64,000 bases of DNA. It comes from a virus (Duplodnaviria; Caudoviricetes). The first letter of the stretch is position 1, and every line of letters begins with the position of its first letter. The notes beneath the pieces are model-generated. The model saw nothing but the letters and a program-made list of their open reading frames with translations. It did not search any database and was not told where the DNA came from. The translations under genes were made by a program, and so were the position numbers. Shown here one piece after another: positions 16,682-29,500 of the stretch. The stretch is from positions 32,001 to 96,000 of the IMG/VR virus record IMGVR_UViG_3300031555_003590; one strand, written 5' to 3'.

Positions 16682-17083
16682 TTACATTTTGGAACCAATG
16701 GAAGCCATGTAGTTTATAACTTTTGCCATAACTTTTGCATAAACACCAAATGCTAAGCTGCATTGTTTAATAAAATCTGGATCATCAGCATTACAGTTGG
16801 TATCAATTGAAATAAAAACTGGATGATCATAATCAGCAATACCTTTGTTATTTACTCGAATCATAGAAACTTTATCATTGCTAACAAAATAGATCTTCCC
16901 AATTACATCACCGATATCAGGATTCCCACCAGTAGATGTAATCACATTGAATTCACGTTTTGAGTTGTAAATGTGAATAAATCTGGCAGGATAAGAGATA
17001 TCAAGAGTATAATATCCAATATCATTTACAGATGCATTTTCTATAAACTTCTTGACATCATTGAAAGTGTATGTATTTTCCAT
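16682..17083 (-). CDS. Hypothetical protein (133 aa)
   Basis: AGGAGG RBS; promoter-like motif at 17157-17169. Confidence 0.75.
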   Translation of the reverse strand: MENTYTFNDVKKFIENASVNDIGYYTLDISYPARFIHIYNSKREFNVITSTGGNPDIGDVIGKIYFVSNDKVSMIRVNNKGIADYDHPVFISIDTNCNADDPDFIKQCSLAFGVYAKVMAKVINYMASIGSKM

Positions 17084-17196
17084 TTGAAATTTCCTCCTAA
17101 ATTATAATCAAATTCCTAATGAATATAAACAATTATCTCATCTATATTCTACATTTATAATATATACACAAACTATTAGAAGATACGATAAAAAAA

Positions 17197-17226
17197 AGAA
17201 ATAGGAGCTATATAGCTCCTATTTCT
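17197..17226. terminator. Intrinsic terminator
   Basis: AGAAATAGGAGCTA-TA-TAGCTCCTATTTCT followed by a T-run on the minus strand. Confidence 0.7.
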
Positions 17227-17228
17227 AA

Positions 17229-18320
17229 TTAATATAATAGCATTTGTAAGTTAATTGGATACTCAAAGAATCGTTTATTATTTAATGCTTCTACTGATTC
17301 AATATCAATCTTATCAATGATTTGAGATTTAATAGAATCAATATCAGTATCAGATAATAAATCAAATTGAGTTTCAATACTAGTACATTGAAATGCTTGT
17401 TTAATATCATCTCTATAATCTTTTGGAAATAATTGAATCACCGAATCAATAGCTGAAAAATCTCTTAATACAATATCTTTATCTAATCCTTGTTTCAATA
17501 GATTCATAAACTTGCTATATCCAAATCCTTTTGCAGATCTAATATTTCTAATCTTACTTCCTTTAATAGATAATAATAAACGATAATAAAGTTCAGAATT
17601 GAATATAGTTAAATCAAATGGTGATTCATCTTTAATAATTGATTGTACTGTAGAATCAATATCACTACACACATTAAATTCAGAATACTTTCGTTTGATA
17701 TAAATAGTTGCAAAATTAGGATTAAATAAATATAATGTATCAAATATATCTCCAGTAATTATTACATTCTTTGCATTATTAAATGTTGATACGATATATG
17801 GAATAATACTTCCATCAAATGTTTTAGATTCTAAGAAATAACAATTTGGAATATATGATAAAATCAATTTAATTTCTGGAATAATAATTGTATTTAATAC
17901 ATCACCCATTAATCTAAACTGAGGATTTTGTGTATATCGATTGTAATAAAAATTTCTATAATATTTATTATATACTGACATTTGTTGCGGATATTGTTGA
18001 TCTAATGCAGTATGATATAAATATACTTTTACATTACATTTTTCTTTTAGAAAATAACTTCTATAATTACCAATCAAATTTAGAATAGATGATTCTAATT
18101 CAATCACTAATTGTTGTTTATGAAAATTGACTAAATTCAACAATCCTCGTTTCATACTTAAATTTTTTAATATACATTCAAAGTTAATAAATACATTAAC
18201 TTCATCTCCTGATTGAATATTAATTGTATGATTATGAATATGATGATTAATCATATCCCATTTTAATCTATATACTCCTGCTACTACACCTATTCCAGGA
18301 GTGTATGTTTCTATATTCAT
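17229..18320 (-). CDS. 5'-3' exonuclease / flap endonuclease / T4 RNase H-like protein (divergent)
   Basis: VIITGDIFD and helix-hairpin-helix-like IKGSKIRNIRSAKGFGYSKF; adjacent to the primase gene. Confidence 0.5.
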   Translation of the reverse strand: MNIETYTPGIGVVAGVYRLKWDMINHHIHNHTINIQSGDEVNVFINFECILKNLSMKRGLLNLVNFHKQQLVIELESSILNLIGNYRSYFLKEKCNVKVYLYHTALDQQYPQQMSVYNKYYRNFYYNRYTQNPQFRLMGDVLNTIIIPEIKLILSYIPNCYFLESKTFDGSIIPYIVSTFNNAKNVIITGDIFDTLYLFNPNFATIYIKRKYSEFNVCSDIDSTVQSIIKDESPFDLTIFNSELYYRLLLSIKGSKIRNIRSAKGFGYSKFMNLLKQGLDKDIVLRDFSAIDSVIQLFPKDYRDDIKQAFQCTSIETQFDLLSDTDIDSIKSQIIDKIDIESVEALNNKRFFEYPINLQMLLY

Positions 18321-18331
18321 TAAAATACCTC

Positions 18332-19303
18332 CTATACTTTACTCTCTACAAGTTTTATTTTATCAATTTTAACTCCAACATCTTTTGATATAATATTTTT
18401 ATAAATTAATATAGATCCAAATATCCATTTATATTTTTTCAATTGACGTTTTAATTCTTTTTCATTTACGTCATTATCAATATAAATTTTTATAATGATA
18501 TTATTTCCAATAAATCCCTTTGAAATAGCATATTCAACTCCACTAATATAATCTGAACCTAATGTAGCTATATATGCAGAATTTTCATCATTAAAATTTT
18601 TATATATTGATAATACATCCATAACTCCTTCAGCAATATTAATTATAATTGAATCTTGTGTAAATAAATCTAATGTAGTTTTAATTGTATAGAAAGATTT
18701 ATTACCAGATGAAAATAATGTAATTTTTCTCCACCGATCACCTTCATCTGAAAATGATCTAGTTAGTAATACTGATTTATCATCTGATAAAAATGTAATA
18801 CTATCATTATTGCTTGGCATAGTATTTTTAATTCGCTGATTAGTTATATATGGAAATACTGAATTCATATCCCAGATAATTTTAAATTTATCAAAATCTT
18901 CTAATGTAAATCCATTACCTAATCTATGTTCTATATAAGCGATTTGTTTTGAATTTATTACAGGAACTCCAGTAATTAATTCAATATTAGTTTTTGTTAT
19001 AGAACCAATTTTATTGAATCTTTGATTATCAATTTTATTTATTAAATCGGATTTTATCCCAAGTTTTCTTAGAAAACTACTAGTAACTTTACCGCTCTCA
19101 TTACATTTAAAACAATTAAACAATAATGGCTCAGTTGGATTATTAAAATCGCATTTAATATAACAATGAGAATCATTTAAATCTTTTTGACTATCTCCAC
19201 ATATAGGGCAACGAATTCTATATTGAATTGAATTAACTTTTTTAAATACAGTACTATGATTTTGAATTTCATCTAGTACTCGTTGTTTAATATCATTTGT
19301 CAC
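18332..19303 (-). CDS. DNA primase (DnaG / T4 gp61-like)
   Basis: Zinc ribbon CPICGDS...CFKC; TOPRIM motifs IAEGVMDVLSI and YIDND. Confidence 0.85.
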   Translation of the reverse strand: MTNDIKQRVLDEIQNHSTVFKKVNSIQYRIRCPICGDSQKDLNDSHCYIKCDFNNPTEPLLFNCFKCNESGKVTSSFLRKLGIKSDLINKIDNQRFNKIGSITKTNIELITGVPVINSKQIAYIEHRLGNGFTLEDFDKFKIIWDMNSVFPYITNQRIKNTMPSNNDSITFLSDDKSVLLTRSFSDEGDRWRKITLFSSGNKSFYTIKTTLDLFTQDSIIINIAEGVMDVLSIYKNFNDENSAYIATLGSDYISGVEYAISKGFIGNNIIIKIYIDNDVNEKELKRQLKKYKWIFGSILIYKNIISKDVGVKIDKIKLVESKV

Positions 19304-19345
19304 TATAATACCTCCTTAACCCTGAGAGTTTCTCTATATATAAAC

Positions 19346-19374
19346 ATAATATATATTTTTAAATTATATATTAT
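19346..19374. promoter_or_regulatory. Back-to-back divergent promoter-like motifs for primase (-) and tubulin (+)
   Basis: ATAATATATATTTT (minus-strand copy, 19346-19359) and AAATTATATATTAT (plus, 19361-19374). Confidence 0.55.
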
Positions 19375-19506
19375 GAATGTAAGAATATAAAAAATAAAAC
19401 TTAGCTATTAATTCTATAATGAAACAAGGAGGTATTTTCTTTATTTCTAAACAACTAACACATATCCTAGTTATAACTAAAATTTACTTTAAGGAGGATT
19501 TTTAAA

Positions 19507-20676
19507 ATGGAAAAGAAAATTTGTATAATTGGTGTAGGTAATTGTGGAAGTCAGGTAGCCCAACTTGCACAAAATAAGTATCCTGATTTATTTGATTGCA
19601 TCTATATTAATAGTAGTGAATCTGATCTTGCTATGGTACGTGGTGAAGATTCACTAAAATTCAAAATTGGTAAAAAGGAAGAAGTAGAAGGATCTGGTAA
19701 GAATCGTACCAAAATGAAAGAATATCTGATGACAGATATTAATAAAATTCTAACAGATGAATCTCTTCAAAGGACTATTGTAAATAAAAAATATTGTTTT
19801 ATTATTTCTTCCGCAGCAGGTGGTACTGGTTCTGGTGCAACTCCTGTACTAATGGAAATTATGCGTCAGATGTATCCTGATACTAATTTTGTTTTAGTTA
19901 GTGTACTTCCTCAAATTGCTTCTTCTCTTATGGAACAAGGCAATGCACTAGAATTTTTAAATGAACTTTATGATGTACTTGGTGAATCTACTACTTATAT
20001 GATCTATGATAATGAAAATACTTCTGATCTTCCTCCTACTAAAGCTCTTGAAGTAATCAATGAAAATATTGTAGAAGATTTACGAGTTCTTTCTGGTGTA
20101 GATAATTATCCAACTCCTTATGAAAGTATTGATGAAGCAGATATGGAATCTATTATAACTACTCCTGGTCGTCTGTTAGTAGTTAGACTTAATAAGAAAC
20201 TGACTGAAAAGGCTATGGAAGATAATAACCTTGATGAAATTATTATTAAAGGTATTAAACAGTCTGCACATGCTGAAACAGATCGTAATAAGAAAGTTGT
20301 TCGTTGGGGGATTATCACATATTTTACTGATGCAGTAAATAAACTATATACTTCTGATTTAGAAAAACTAGCAGATTTCATTGGTACTCCTATTGAAAGA
20401 TTTAATCATAATGCAATTAATAATAATAATGAGTCACTAAACTTCTTGTATATGATTGCTTCTGGTTTATCTCCAATCAATGATCGTGTTATCAAAATTA
20501 CTGATCGTATTTCAGAATTAAAAGCTGCACTTGCTAGTGATGATAGTTCTCGATATATTCTATCTGGTGATGGTGCATCTTATGATGTATTAGAAGCTCG
20601 TCGTAAAGCGGATAAAAGAGCTAATACTCCTGAAGAAATTAATCCTGCAGAGATCTTCAAAAAGTTTATGAAATAA
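19507..20676 (+). CDS. Tubulin/FtsZ-family GTPase (PhuZ/TubZ-like)
   Basis: IGVGNCGSQ, GSGKN and the tubulin signature AAGGTGSG. Confidence 0.9.
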   Translation: MEKKICIIGVGNCGSQVAQLAQNKYPDLFDCIYINSSESDLAMVRGEDSLKFKIGKKEEVEGSGKNRTKMKEYLMTDINKILTDESLQRTIVNKKYCFIISSAAGGTGSGATPVLMEIMRQMYPDTNFVLVSVLPQIASSLMEQGNALEFLNELYDVLGESTTYMIYDNENTSDLPPTKALEVINENIVEDLRVLSGVDNYPTPYESIDEADMESIITTPGRLLVVRLNKKLTEKAMEDNNLDEIIIKGIKQSAHAETDRNKKVVRWGIITYFTDAVNKLYTSDLEKLADFIGTPIERFNHNAINNNNESLNFLYMIASGLSPINDRVIKITDRISELKAALASDDSSRYILSGDGASYDVLEARRKADKRANTPEEINPAEIFKKFMK

Positions 20677-20754
20677 AATAAAAATGGAGGGGATAAAACT
20701 CCCCTCCATTATCTACTTTATTTTACAATTAATTTATACAAGAGGTGGAGTTAT

Positions 20755-22053
20755 ATGGAAAATATTAAAACTAAAATTATTCAAGGTACAAAAGATAAAA
20801 TTGGTAAAACTGTAATTGAACCTTTAAATTCATTAGTAGATCAAAATATTTCTGATATCACAACCACTATTGGATCATTCGTAATTAGATCTATTAGAGG
20901 TAGATTTCAAAGAAGTATTACATTTACTATTGGTAATAGATATGCCGATATTTGGATGGAAGAAGCTCTATATGGCATTTTATATAAATATAATAATATT
21001 AAGAAAAGTAGTAGATTGGAATTAACTAATAATGCTAAAGTTAATGATGGAACTGGTATGTATTATCGACTTGATGATGGAACTCATAATTTGAAATATC
21101 GCAATTATGAAATTTTATTAGTAATTCAATCTACTAATACTGCAGGATTAAATGGAAGAAGTTATCCTAGTAGAATTTATACTATCATCACATATAACCT
21201 AAGCATTGATTTTGTTAGAGATTTTGAACGAGATATGATTTCTCATCGTAATAGTTTATTAAAAATTAAAGCTGATTCTCCTGTTGTAAATGTATATAGA
21301 GATCTTCATGAAGGTGATGGATACACTTATTGGGAGAGAATGGGAAATATTCCTAAACGTAGATTGAATACAGTATATCTTCCTAGAGAAACTAAAGAAT
21401 TAATTGTTAATACTGTAAATGAATTCTTTTCTAATAAAGAATATTATAAAAAACATGGAGTTGCTCATAATTTAAAAATTCTTATGCACTCGCATCCAGC
21501 TGGAGGAAAAGATACAATAGCTAGAATGATTGCATCTGAATGGAATAGAAATTTATATTACTGCACAGGTGGTAAAAATGGTTTATTTATTCCTAATGCA
21601 ATTACTGATAATAGTGATGATGTTAATTATCCTGTATTTTTAATTTCTGATATTGATAGATATCCTTATTTAATTAATGAACCAGATGTAAATCCAGACG
21701 ATGAAGGATCTAATAGAGAAGAAAAAATTAAACATAAACAAACTTTTGCAAATATGATTAATGCATTAGATGGTATTTTATCTGGTGAAGATAGAATAGT
21801 TATTATGACTACTAATCATATTGAAAAGTTTAGTGAAACATTTCTTCGTCCAGGTAGAATAGATTTAATTCTTAAATTAGATTATGTTTGCCCAGAAGTA
21901 TTTAGAAAATACGTTCATGATTTTTATGGTGTTGATTTACCAAAAAATATTAAAGTTAAAGAAAAGACTACAATTGCTATGATGCAATCTGATGTAGTAT
22001 TTATGAAGATGAGTGTTGAAGAGTTTCTAAATAAGTATACAATTAAAGAATAA
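20755..22053 (+). CDS. AAA+ ATPase, BCS1-like, with atypical Walker motifs
   Basis: INALDG, MTTNH and LRPGRID motifs; Walker A reads HSHPAGGKDT and Walker B reads FLISDID. Confidence 0.8.
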   Translation: MENIKTKIIQGTKDKIGKTVIEPLNSLVDQNISDITTTIGSFVIRSIRGRFQRSITFTIGNRYADIWMEEALYGILYKYNNIKKSSRLELTNNAKVNDGTGMYYRLDDGTHNLKYRNYEILLVIQSTNTAGLNGRSYPSRIYTIITYNLSIDFVRDFERDMISHRNSLLKIKADSPVVNVYRDLHEGDGYTYWERMGNIPKRRLNTVYLPRETKELIVNTVNEFFSNKEYYKKHGVAHNLKILMHSHPAGGKDTIARMIASEWNRNLYYCTGGKNGLFIPNAITDNSDDVNYPVFLISDIDRYPYLINEPDVNPDDEGSNREEKIKHKQTFANMINALDGILSGEDRIVIMTTNHIEKFSETFLRPGRIDLILKLDYVCPEVFRKYVHDFYGVDLPKNIKVKEKTTIAMMQSDVVFMKMSVEEFLNKYTIKE

Positions 22054-22089
22054 AAAAGAAAGAGGGATTTAAATCCCTCTTTCTTTTTT
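22052..22089. terminator. Bidirectional terminator
   Basis: AAAAAAGAAAGAGGGATTTAAATCCCTCTTTCTTTTTT, a perfect palindrome. Confidence 0.75.
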
Positions 22090-22147
22090 AATTAAAATAA
22101 TACCCTCTCACCCTGAGTAAAATGCAGTTCGAATTTTCAATTATATA

Positions 22148-22260
22148 TACTATGTGTAAACATAGTATGTTTACATACTATGGTTACCACCATAGTATGT
22201 TAAACTATACTATCATAATATATGATATTGATATATCATATATTATGTTACAACATAGTA
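22148..22260. repeat. Array of palindromic TACTATG...CATAGTA units
   Basis: Left arms at 22148, 22176, 22208 and 22241; right arms at 22161, 22191, 22214 and 22254; nested 11-bp and 15-bp perfect stems. Confidence 0.75.
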
Positions 22261-22300
22261 GTTTCTAAGTGGGATTTTCTTTTTTATAATTTTTTAAAAA

Positions 22301-23485
22301 TTATTCTATATTTAATTTATTTTCTATAATAGATATTCTGCTATTAATATTAGATAATTCTAATTGTATTTTGTATAATTGATTTGTTAACATATCACTT
22401 GGTAAATTATTTACTACTGAATCTAAAGTATGTTGGATTGATTTAACTTTAGAATTTAATTCTTTAACATCTTGATCACTAGCTTTAGATTTTAATTCAT
22501 TTTTCATACCACTAATTTCACCAATAGTAGATAAAGAATTAACTAAACTAGATACAGTATCATTTAAATTAATAAAGTCAACTCTATTAGCTTTATCTTG
22601 TAATATTTTATCTAAATTAGTAATATCAGAAGTATGTAATTCAGGTAAATCTCTAATAGTTAACATTTCACCTTTAGTAACTAAACCATTACTATCTACT
22701 TTAATTTTAGTATAAGTACCAGGTGTTATAGTTTTATTAGAAGATACTTTATTGGATAATTCTTTACTAATAGCATCTAATGAATGTTGAGAAGCTAAAT
22801 TGACTATATTAGATTCTATTTGATTTATTCTATTAATTAATTCCATTGGGATATCATTAATAGTTAATTTATCACCAGATAATACTCTACCATATTGATC
22901 AATAGTTACTTTTGCAAAAGTACCTGAATTAGTTTTAATACTAGGAATATCATTATCATTATCACTAGTTAATGATATTGAATTAATTGATGAAATAAAA
23001 TCTGATAATCCTTCAATTTTTGAAATTGGTAGTATAGGAATATCACTAGCAAGTAAATCACTAGTAGATATTATTCTACCATCTGAATTATAATTAACTT
23101 TAATTCCTGTACCTGATATTTCTTTTAGTGTACTAGATACAGGTTTAATCATTTCAATAATAGAAGATTTAAAAACATCAAAATCTCTATTACTAGCTTT
23201 ATCTTCTAATGACTTTCTTAAACTAACTATTTTATCAATTGATAATTCTGGAATGTCGGTATGTTCTAATTTAGTACCTTGTAAAATTAATCCATGTTTA
23301 TCATATGCTACTTTACAAGCTACACCAGGAGGAATATCAGTATTAGCATCTAATCTACGTTGATCGTTTATTTTTAATGCATTAACTGTTTTACTTATAT
23401 TATCTACTTTAGTAGATAATGATTCTACTAAATCTCTTAATTGAACAATTAATTCTGTATTCATAATCAATATCTCCTTTGACAA
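22301..23485 (-). CDS. Fibrous virion protein (tail-fibre-type repeats and coiled coils)
   Basis: Four copies of GxxxKVxxDxxGxxxxGxxLxxxDIP-like repeats separated by heptad segments. Confidence 0.65.
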   Translation of the reverse strand: MSKEILIMNTELIVQLRDLVESLSTKVDNISKTVNALKINDQRRLDANTDIPPGVACKVAYDKHGLILQGTKLEHTDIPELSIDKIVSLRKSLEDKASNRDFDVFKSSIIEMIKPVSSTLKEISGTGIKVNYNSDGRIISTSDLLASDIPILPISKIEGLSDFISSINSISLTSDNDNDIPSIKTNSGTFAKVTIDQYGRVLSGDKLTINDIPMELINRINQIESNIVNLASQHSLDAISKELSNKVSSNKTITPGTYTKIKVDSNGLVTKGEMLTIRDLPELHTSDITNLDKILQDKANRVDFINLNDTVSSLVNSLSTIGEISGMKNELKSKASDQDVKELNSKVKSIQHTLDSVVNNLPSDMLTNQLYKIQLELSNINSRISIIENKLNIE

Positions 23486-23580
23486 AATTTGTAATATTTA
23501 TTAGAAATTGGTCAATTATTTAAATCGACTCAGTATTAACAGATAAATTTATAAAACTAGTAAAGGAGGTTGAATGATCA

Positions 23581-26500
23581 ATGCGTAATGATATGTACGA
23601 AAATAACTGGAGTCCATTTGATCCACAATGGTATTCAGCTGCTTTTGATCAGTTTGTTAGTACAGCTGATCAATTATTCAATCAGAATTTGATCATACAA
23701 CAAGGTTTCAAACTACCAGATGCTGATGGTTCTAGATCATCAGTATTTAGAAATGAAGCTGTATTAAATAATTCATTTAATGAACAAAAACTACGTGAAA
23801 CTCTAAAAGATATTTATTTAAACTCTACACACAAATTGATTGCTAGTAATCATGATAACACACATTTTTATCAATGGCATGGTTATATGTCAGATATGGA
23901 ATTAATCCCAAATACTAATATGTGTCAATTTAAAATTCCTACTGAAACATTTATCTATCCTAAAGAGCGAGATAAATATAAATTATCTCAATTCTATAAT
24001 ACTTGGATTAAACCTGAAGATATACTAAATAATTGGGAAGTATTTAAATGGCATTGTTTATTATTTATTGATCAACGTATCTATTCTGATTATGAATTAT
24101 ATATGGATGATCATGAAACTATTATTAGATTTAAATACTATGATTATTGGGTTAAAGTAAATCATTCTGTATATATTTATAAATTTGATACAAATGCTTC
24201 TTGTAGAATTAAAATTACTAGAGAATTATGTAAAAATCAATGGAATTGGAAATTACCAATTTCTTATATTGATAATAAGAAAATTGTTAATTTTAATAAT
24301 ATAATGGTAGCATTTAATAAAATTAGTGATACTACAATTCGTAAAGACGGATTAACTCATGTAGATGTTTTAGGTGATAATTTAGAATTTTTAAAAATTG
24401 AAGATGGATATATTGATTTATCTAAAATTAGTAATTTTAATAAAATTCTAATTGAATCTGAATCTACTGAATGGATATGGATGTCTATTATTGTACCTAA
24501 ATTTTTCCATGAGTATCCTATTATATTGCCTACAGATGTTGTATATAGGCCTTATGAAGCTGATCTACGTCCAATTGTTATTTCTGATAGTATGGATATT
24601 AGGCATACTAAAGTTGATACTAATAATGAACGTAAACAAGTGTACGTAGATATGAATGGTAAATTTAATGAAGAACATATTGGATGGAAACAATTAATCA
24701 GGCCAATAGTATTATCAGATGCTTTTGATAATCCATTTGATGAACCTTATACTTCATATATAGGTGAATTAAGTAACCTTAGAGATTTAACTGTAAAAGG
24801 TGCTGATACAATTGAAGAATTCAGATTCTATATGTCAGACAATCCTACTAATGAAGGTATATTAGAATTTGTTGATAAATTAACTAATGATATCAATAAT
24901 ATTCATACTTCATACAATGATTTTTTAATTAAACGACATATGGAAACTGATATGGAGTATGAATATCAATATAAAAAATTTCTTTCAATAATGGATGAAA
25001 TTAAGGAAGATAAATTATATAGCAACTGGTTTATTTATAATAATACTGAAGATGGTAATACAAAAGATTTATGGCATACAATTTCTAATCAAATTTATAC
25101 TCCTAGCGAAATGTATGATAAATATTCATTTGCAAACATTATTCAATCAATGCATAATAATGGTATACTATGGACTGATGCTGATAAATTTATGAATCAA
25201 CATCGATTCCGTAGACCTATTGATGAATTAGATTTTTGGACATTTGAATATGATATTACTAATGAAGTATGGAGACCTTATCATCTAAATGTTACTAGAC
25301 ATTTTCCTGATGTATATATACTAACAGATCCAGCACAAGAAATTCCTTCAACAAATAGAATATTTAAATCATTCTTCTTTTATAGTGATACAATGAATGT
25401 GCTTGATCAAAATGAAGATATTATCCGTGCTACTAGTAGTTGGGATATTGATATGCAAGAATATGAATATGATAAAGGTGCTATTTATCGTGATATCTTT
25501 ATGGAAAAATTTTATTGGATGGGTATTAAATCTATCTATAAAGGAATTACAGAAACTAATTCTAGATGGGAAGTATTGGAGTATGTAATTGATAATCCTT
25601 CATATGAACGTTTCAATCAGCTATTCTTAAATACCATGGATCCATATTTTAAAATGGGATTAGCTACATTTTTAAAGAGTTCTAATTATGAATTTCCATT
25701 TGATGATGCAGTAGATAAAATGAATGAAGCTATTAATCAACAATTCGTAGGTTATAAAAGAATAACTAATTTTGAAACATATCTAAACAAAACCTGGATT
25801 CCATCATATTTTGATTATGTTACAAAAATAATGGATGATTGGGATCCTGGAGATAGATTACTTCATCGTCCTAGATCTTCATTTGATGTTTTACGTTTAT
25901 TACCTCTACTCCTTGATGTTGAAAATAATATTTCAATTGCAGTAGGTACTGTATCTAAAACTTTATCTTGGATTTTAGAAAAATTAAAAGAAGAATCGTA
26001 TAATTTAAATATAGAAAATATTGAAACTATCCAATCTAAAACTGAAGAGATGTTAAATAATATTATTACAGTTTATAAATTTACTAAAGATTTAGATTTA
26101 GATATTTACAGTATTGAAGATTTAAATTATATTATTTCTAAACTTCAGTATCATATGAAACTAACTGATGAGTTAGAACAATTATTTTCAAACTCAAGAC
26201 AAGATATCCAAAATAATAATGTATATGAGAATAAAAAGAATAATTTATTAGAAATTACTAATACTAATTTAGATACTCTTTATAATTATATCATTAATAT
26301 TGGTGGAATGGTTCAAAATTTTGATATGGAAACATTTATGAAATCTATTAATGATCTTACTAGTTATTTTGAATATAATAAAGTCAATCCAAGTGATACT
26401 AGTTTAATTGGTTATATTAATAAATTTAATACACCTTGGTCTATTAATATTAAAGAATTACGTAATAAATTATTCCAATCAACTTCTATTATGTATGGTA

Positions 26501-29500
26501 AATTTGAACCTACTAAAGCTTATACTAATGATGAAGTAATTGAATTTGTTTCTTTAGTTAAGAATGTACAAAATGATCTTATATCATTTATTGATGCTAT
26601 TTCTAAATTCTGGAATGATATGGGATATTCTAAAGATGAAATTATAATTGATAAATTTGATAATGTAACTGAATTGCTTGATAAATTGATTTCAAATCTA
26701 TCCACATATATGAATTCTAGAGAAGAATTATTATCTAATACCAATTTAATATTAAATATCCTCAGTGATATATTAAAATACAATATTAGTGATAAAGAAA
26801 AAGATATTTATAATAATCTCTATGATAATATTAATAATATTATTTTATCTTTATCATATATTGCTGGAAGTAATAATAGAGATGAAGCTTTAAAATATTT
26901 TCAAGAATTTAAAACACATTTAGTGGATTGGAATTCATATTTATCAATAGAAGAAGAGGTATTTACTAAGTTAATTAATTTTACTGAACTTCCAATTGAA
27001 TTTATTGATAGATTACGTAAGGATGAATCTTTACTACAATCAATGTGTGAATATATGGATACTAATAATATACCATATGTTCCTGATACTGATTGGCCAA
27101 CATATTCAGATGTATATACAGTTGATCAGATTGAATTATTAAGTGGAGGATTTAATAATAAATTTGGTGAACTGGTAGTAGTTCCAAATTTAGGATCATA
27201 CAAAATAACAAAACTTGGTGATGATAATGGTACTGCTGAATTAATTGAAGATACTGGATATCGTAATACAGTATTTAGAGATCCAATGATTCAGTCTAAT
27301 CCATATGATACTATTACAAGTGGTAATGGAATGGGTATTACAGTTAAGCCAATTCATTCTAATAGAATCCCCATTATAAATGATGAAGTCATTAGTGTTT
27401 ATATTACTAGAATGCAGAATAGTTCTTATCTAATATCTGAAAATCTAAAAACTCCTAATCCTTATAATAATGATTCATTTACTAATTCACTTAATGGAAT
27501 TAGAGAAATAAAATCTGATTGGGATAATGTTATTAAATCATATACTGATCATATATCTGATAACGCTAGAAATTGTATTAATGAATTAATTAATATTCTA
27601 ATATCACTTATTGAACCTTGTGAGAATTTCATTGATGTTCGTAAAAAAGCTGATTTAGCAGGGTTAATTACTTTAATAGATTCATTTATTACTTCTTGCT
27701 TTAATTTTGCAGATATAAATAATCTTTTGAATACAGATTATTATTACTATGAAGATAGTATAAAAGTTATATTAACTGATTTACAAGAATTTTATGGAAA
27801 TGGCACTACATGGAATGACTCTACAGAACTTAAAAATTTATTAGATTCATCTAAATATCCTATTAGGTTATTCAAAGTTAGAGTAATTGATCAATTTCCT
27901 AATAGTAATGATAAAACTTCAATTATTTCTAAATATGACACTATTATGGAAAAGATTTCTACTATTGAATCTACTTTATCTGAACTTCCTAAACTTTTAA
28001 TCGATATTAATCCAATTATTCGTAATCTTGATAAAAAGATAACCGAAATTCCAAATGATATTATTAAAAATGATATTTGGTATAGAATTAAAATTATTAG
28101 AGTTGCATTAGAAGGTGAAGGGTATAAAATAGGAGATGTTGTATCTATTATTCCTGAGCTGCCAAAAGATTCTGAAGGTAATTATATTCGTGATATGGAA
28201 GACATAATCATGAATGATACAATTCTAGTTAGAGTCACAGAAGTAGTAGATAATAAAGTAACATCACTTGAGCCTATTATGGATTATGCAATACCTTATT
28301 TAATTTGGGGTATTCGTGAAACTAGAACTGTTGTTGGTACTGGTAGGGGATTAACTGTTGATGTATATTCATATCAGTTACAGCTATCTGATAGTAAACT
28401 ATTTGAAAATGAAGAATCAGATATAGCAACATTGCCACAATATAATGAAAATGATATGTTTGTATTCATGTTTGAAAATATTCATGATCTGAATATTCAA
28501 TATGAAATTTTTTATGGTGGTAAACAAATTACAAATTTCTTCCAGAGACATATTAGTAGCACTGATCCTCTCCATCCTACTGGTATTGATGCTATTTATT
28601 TAAATGCAAATGAAGTATCTAATTTAAAGAATTCATCTATTTATATTCCTGCAGAGCATTATTTTATTTATAAACTCGATCATATTACAATTAAAGATCC
28701 AGGTGCAGGATATTCAGTTGGTCAAGAAATATTTGTTGATCTAGAAACTGTTGCATTGAGATTAAAAATTGCAAGTCTTATTTTTGGACCATATAAGGGA
28801 ATTGAATCAGTAGAATTATCTGATGCTAGAATTAGTGTAGATGGTGGCAATCCAAGTTCTGAAAATGCAATGGTTGTAACTGATTCACTCAATAATATTG
28901 ATGATGAATTCAATAACGGATATTATGATCAATTGAATAATGAAGGAATTATTAAAGCAGCTACTAGATCTCTTGATGCTGATAGATATCAATTTATTTC
29001 TAATAGGTTTGATAATTTATCAGATGGGGATCGTAATAAAAATTTTATGTACCCAGATGTAGATATTCCTTTAGTAGAAGATGCCTCTACCAATGGTGAT
29101 CCAGATGATCATTTCTATTTAGGTAGTAGAATTGATAATTCTCAACATCCTATGTCAGATGATCATAAATGGAATGGTATTATGAATATTATTTCTCCTA
29201 CTGATCCATTTATTCCTGATGATAGAAGAATTCCTAATAATAAACCAATTAAAGGTGAATATCAGGAAATTGCACATTTAAGAATTCATAATTCAATTAA
29301 TGAAACTAATACAGATGTAAATAAAATATATAATAAATCTATAAATAATACAGCTATGATAGAAGGTGACTATGTAGTTGATAAATTTTCTCAATTACCT
29401 AAACATTTAAATGATTGGCCTGCTGCTAAAATTGGTAAATGTGTTATTGTTGAAAATGATGAAACTAATAATGGTCATAGAATGATGTACAGATTGAGAA

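Noticed and set aside
22148-22260. Possible mini CRISPR array
   Set aside because: Repeat arms are only 7-10 nt with no unique ~30-nt spacers, and no cas genes are present.
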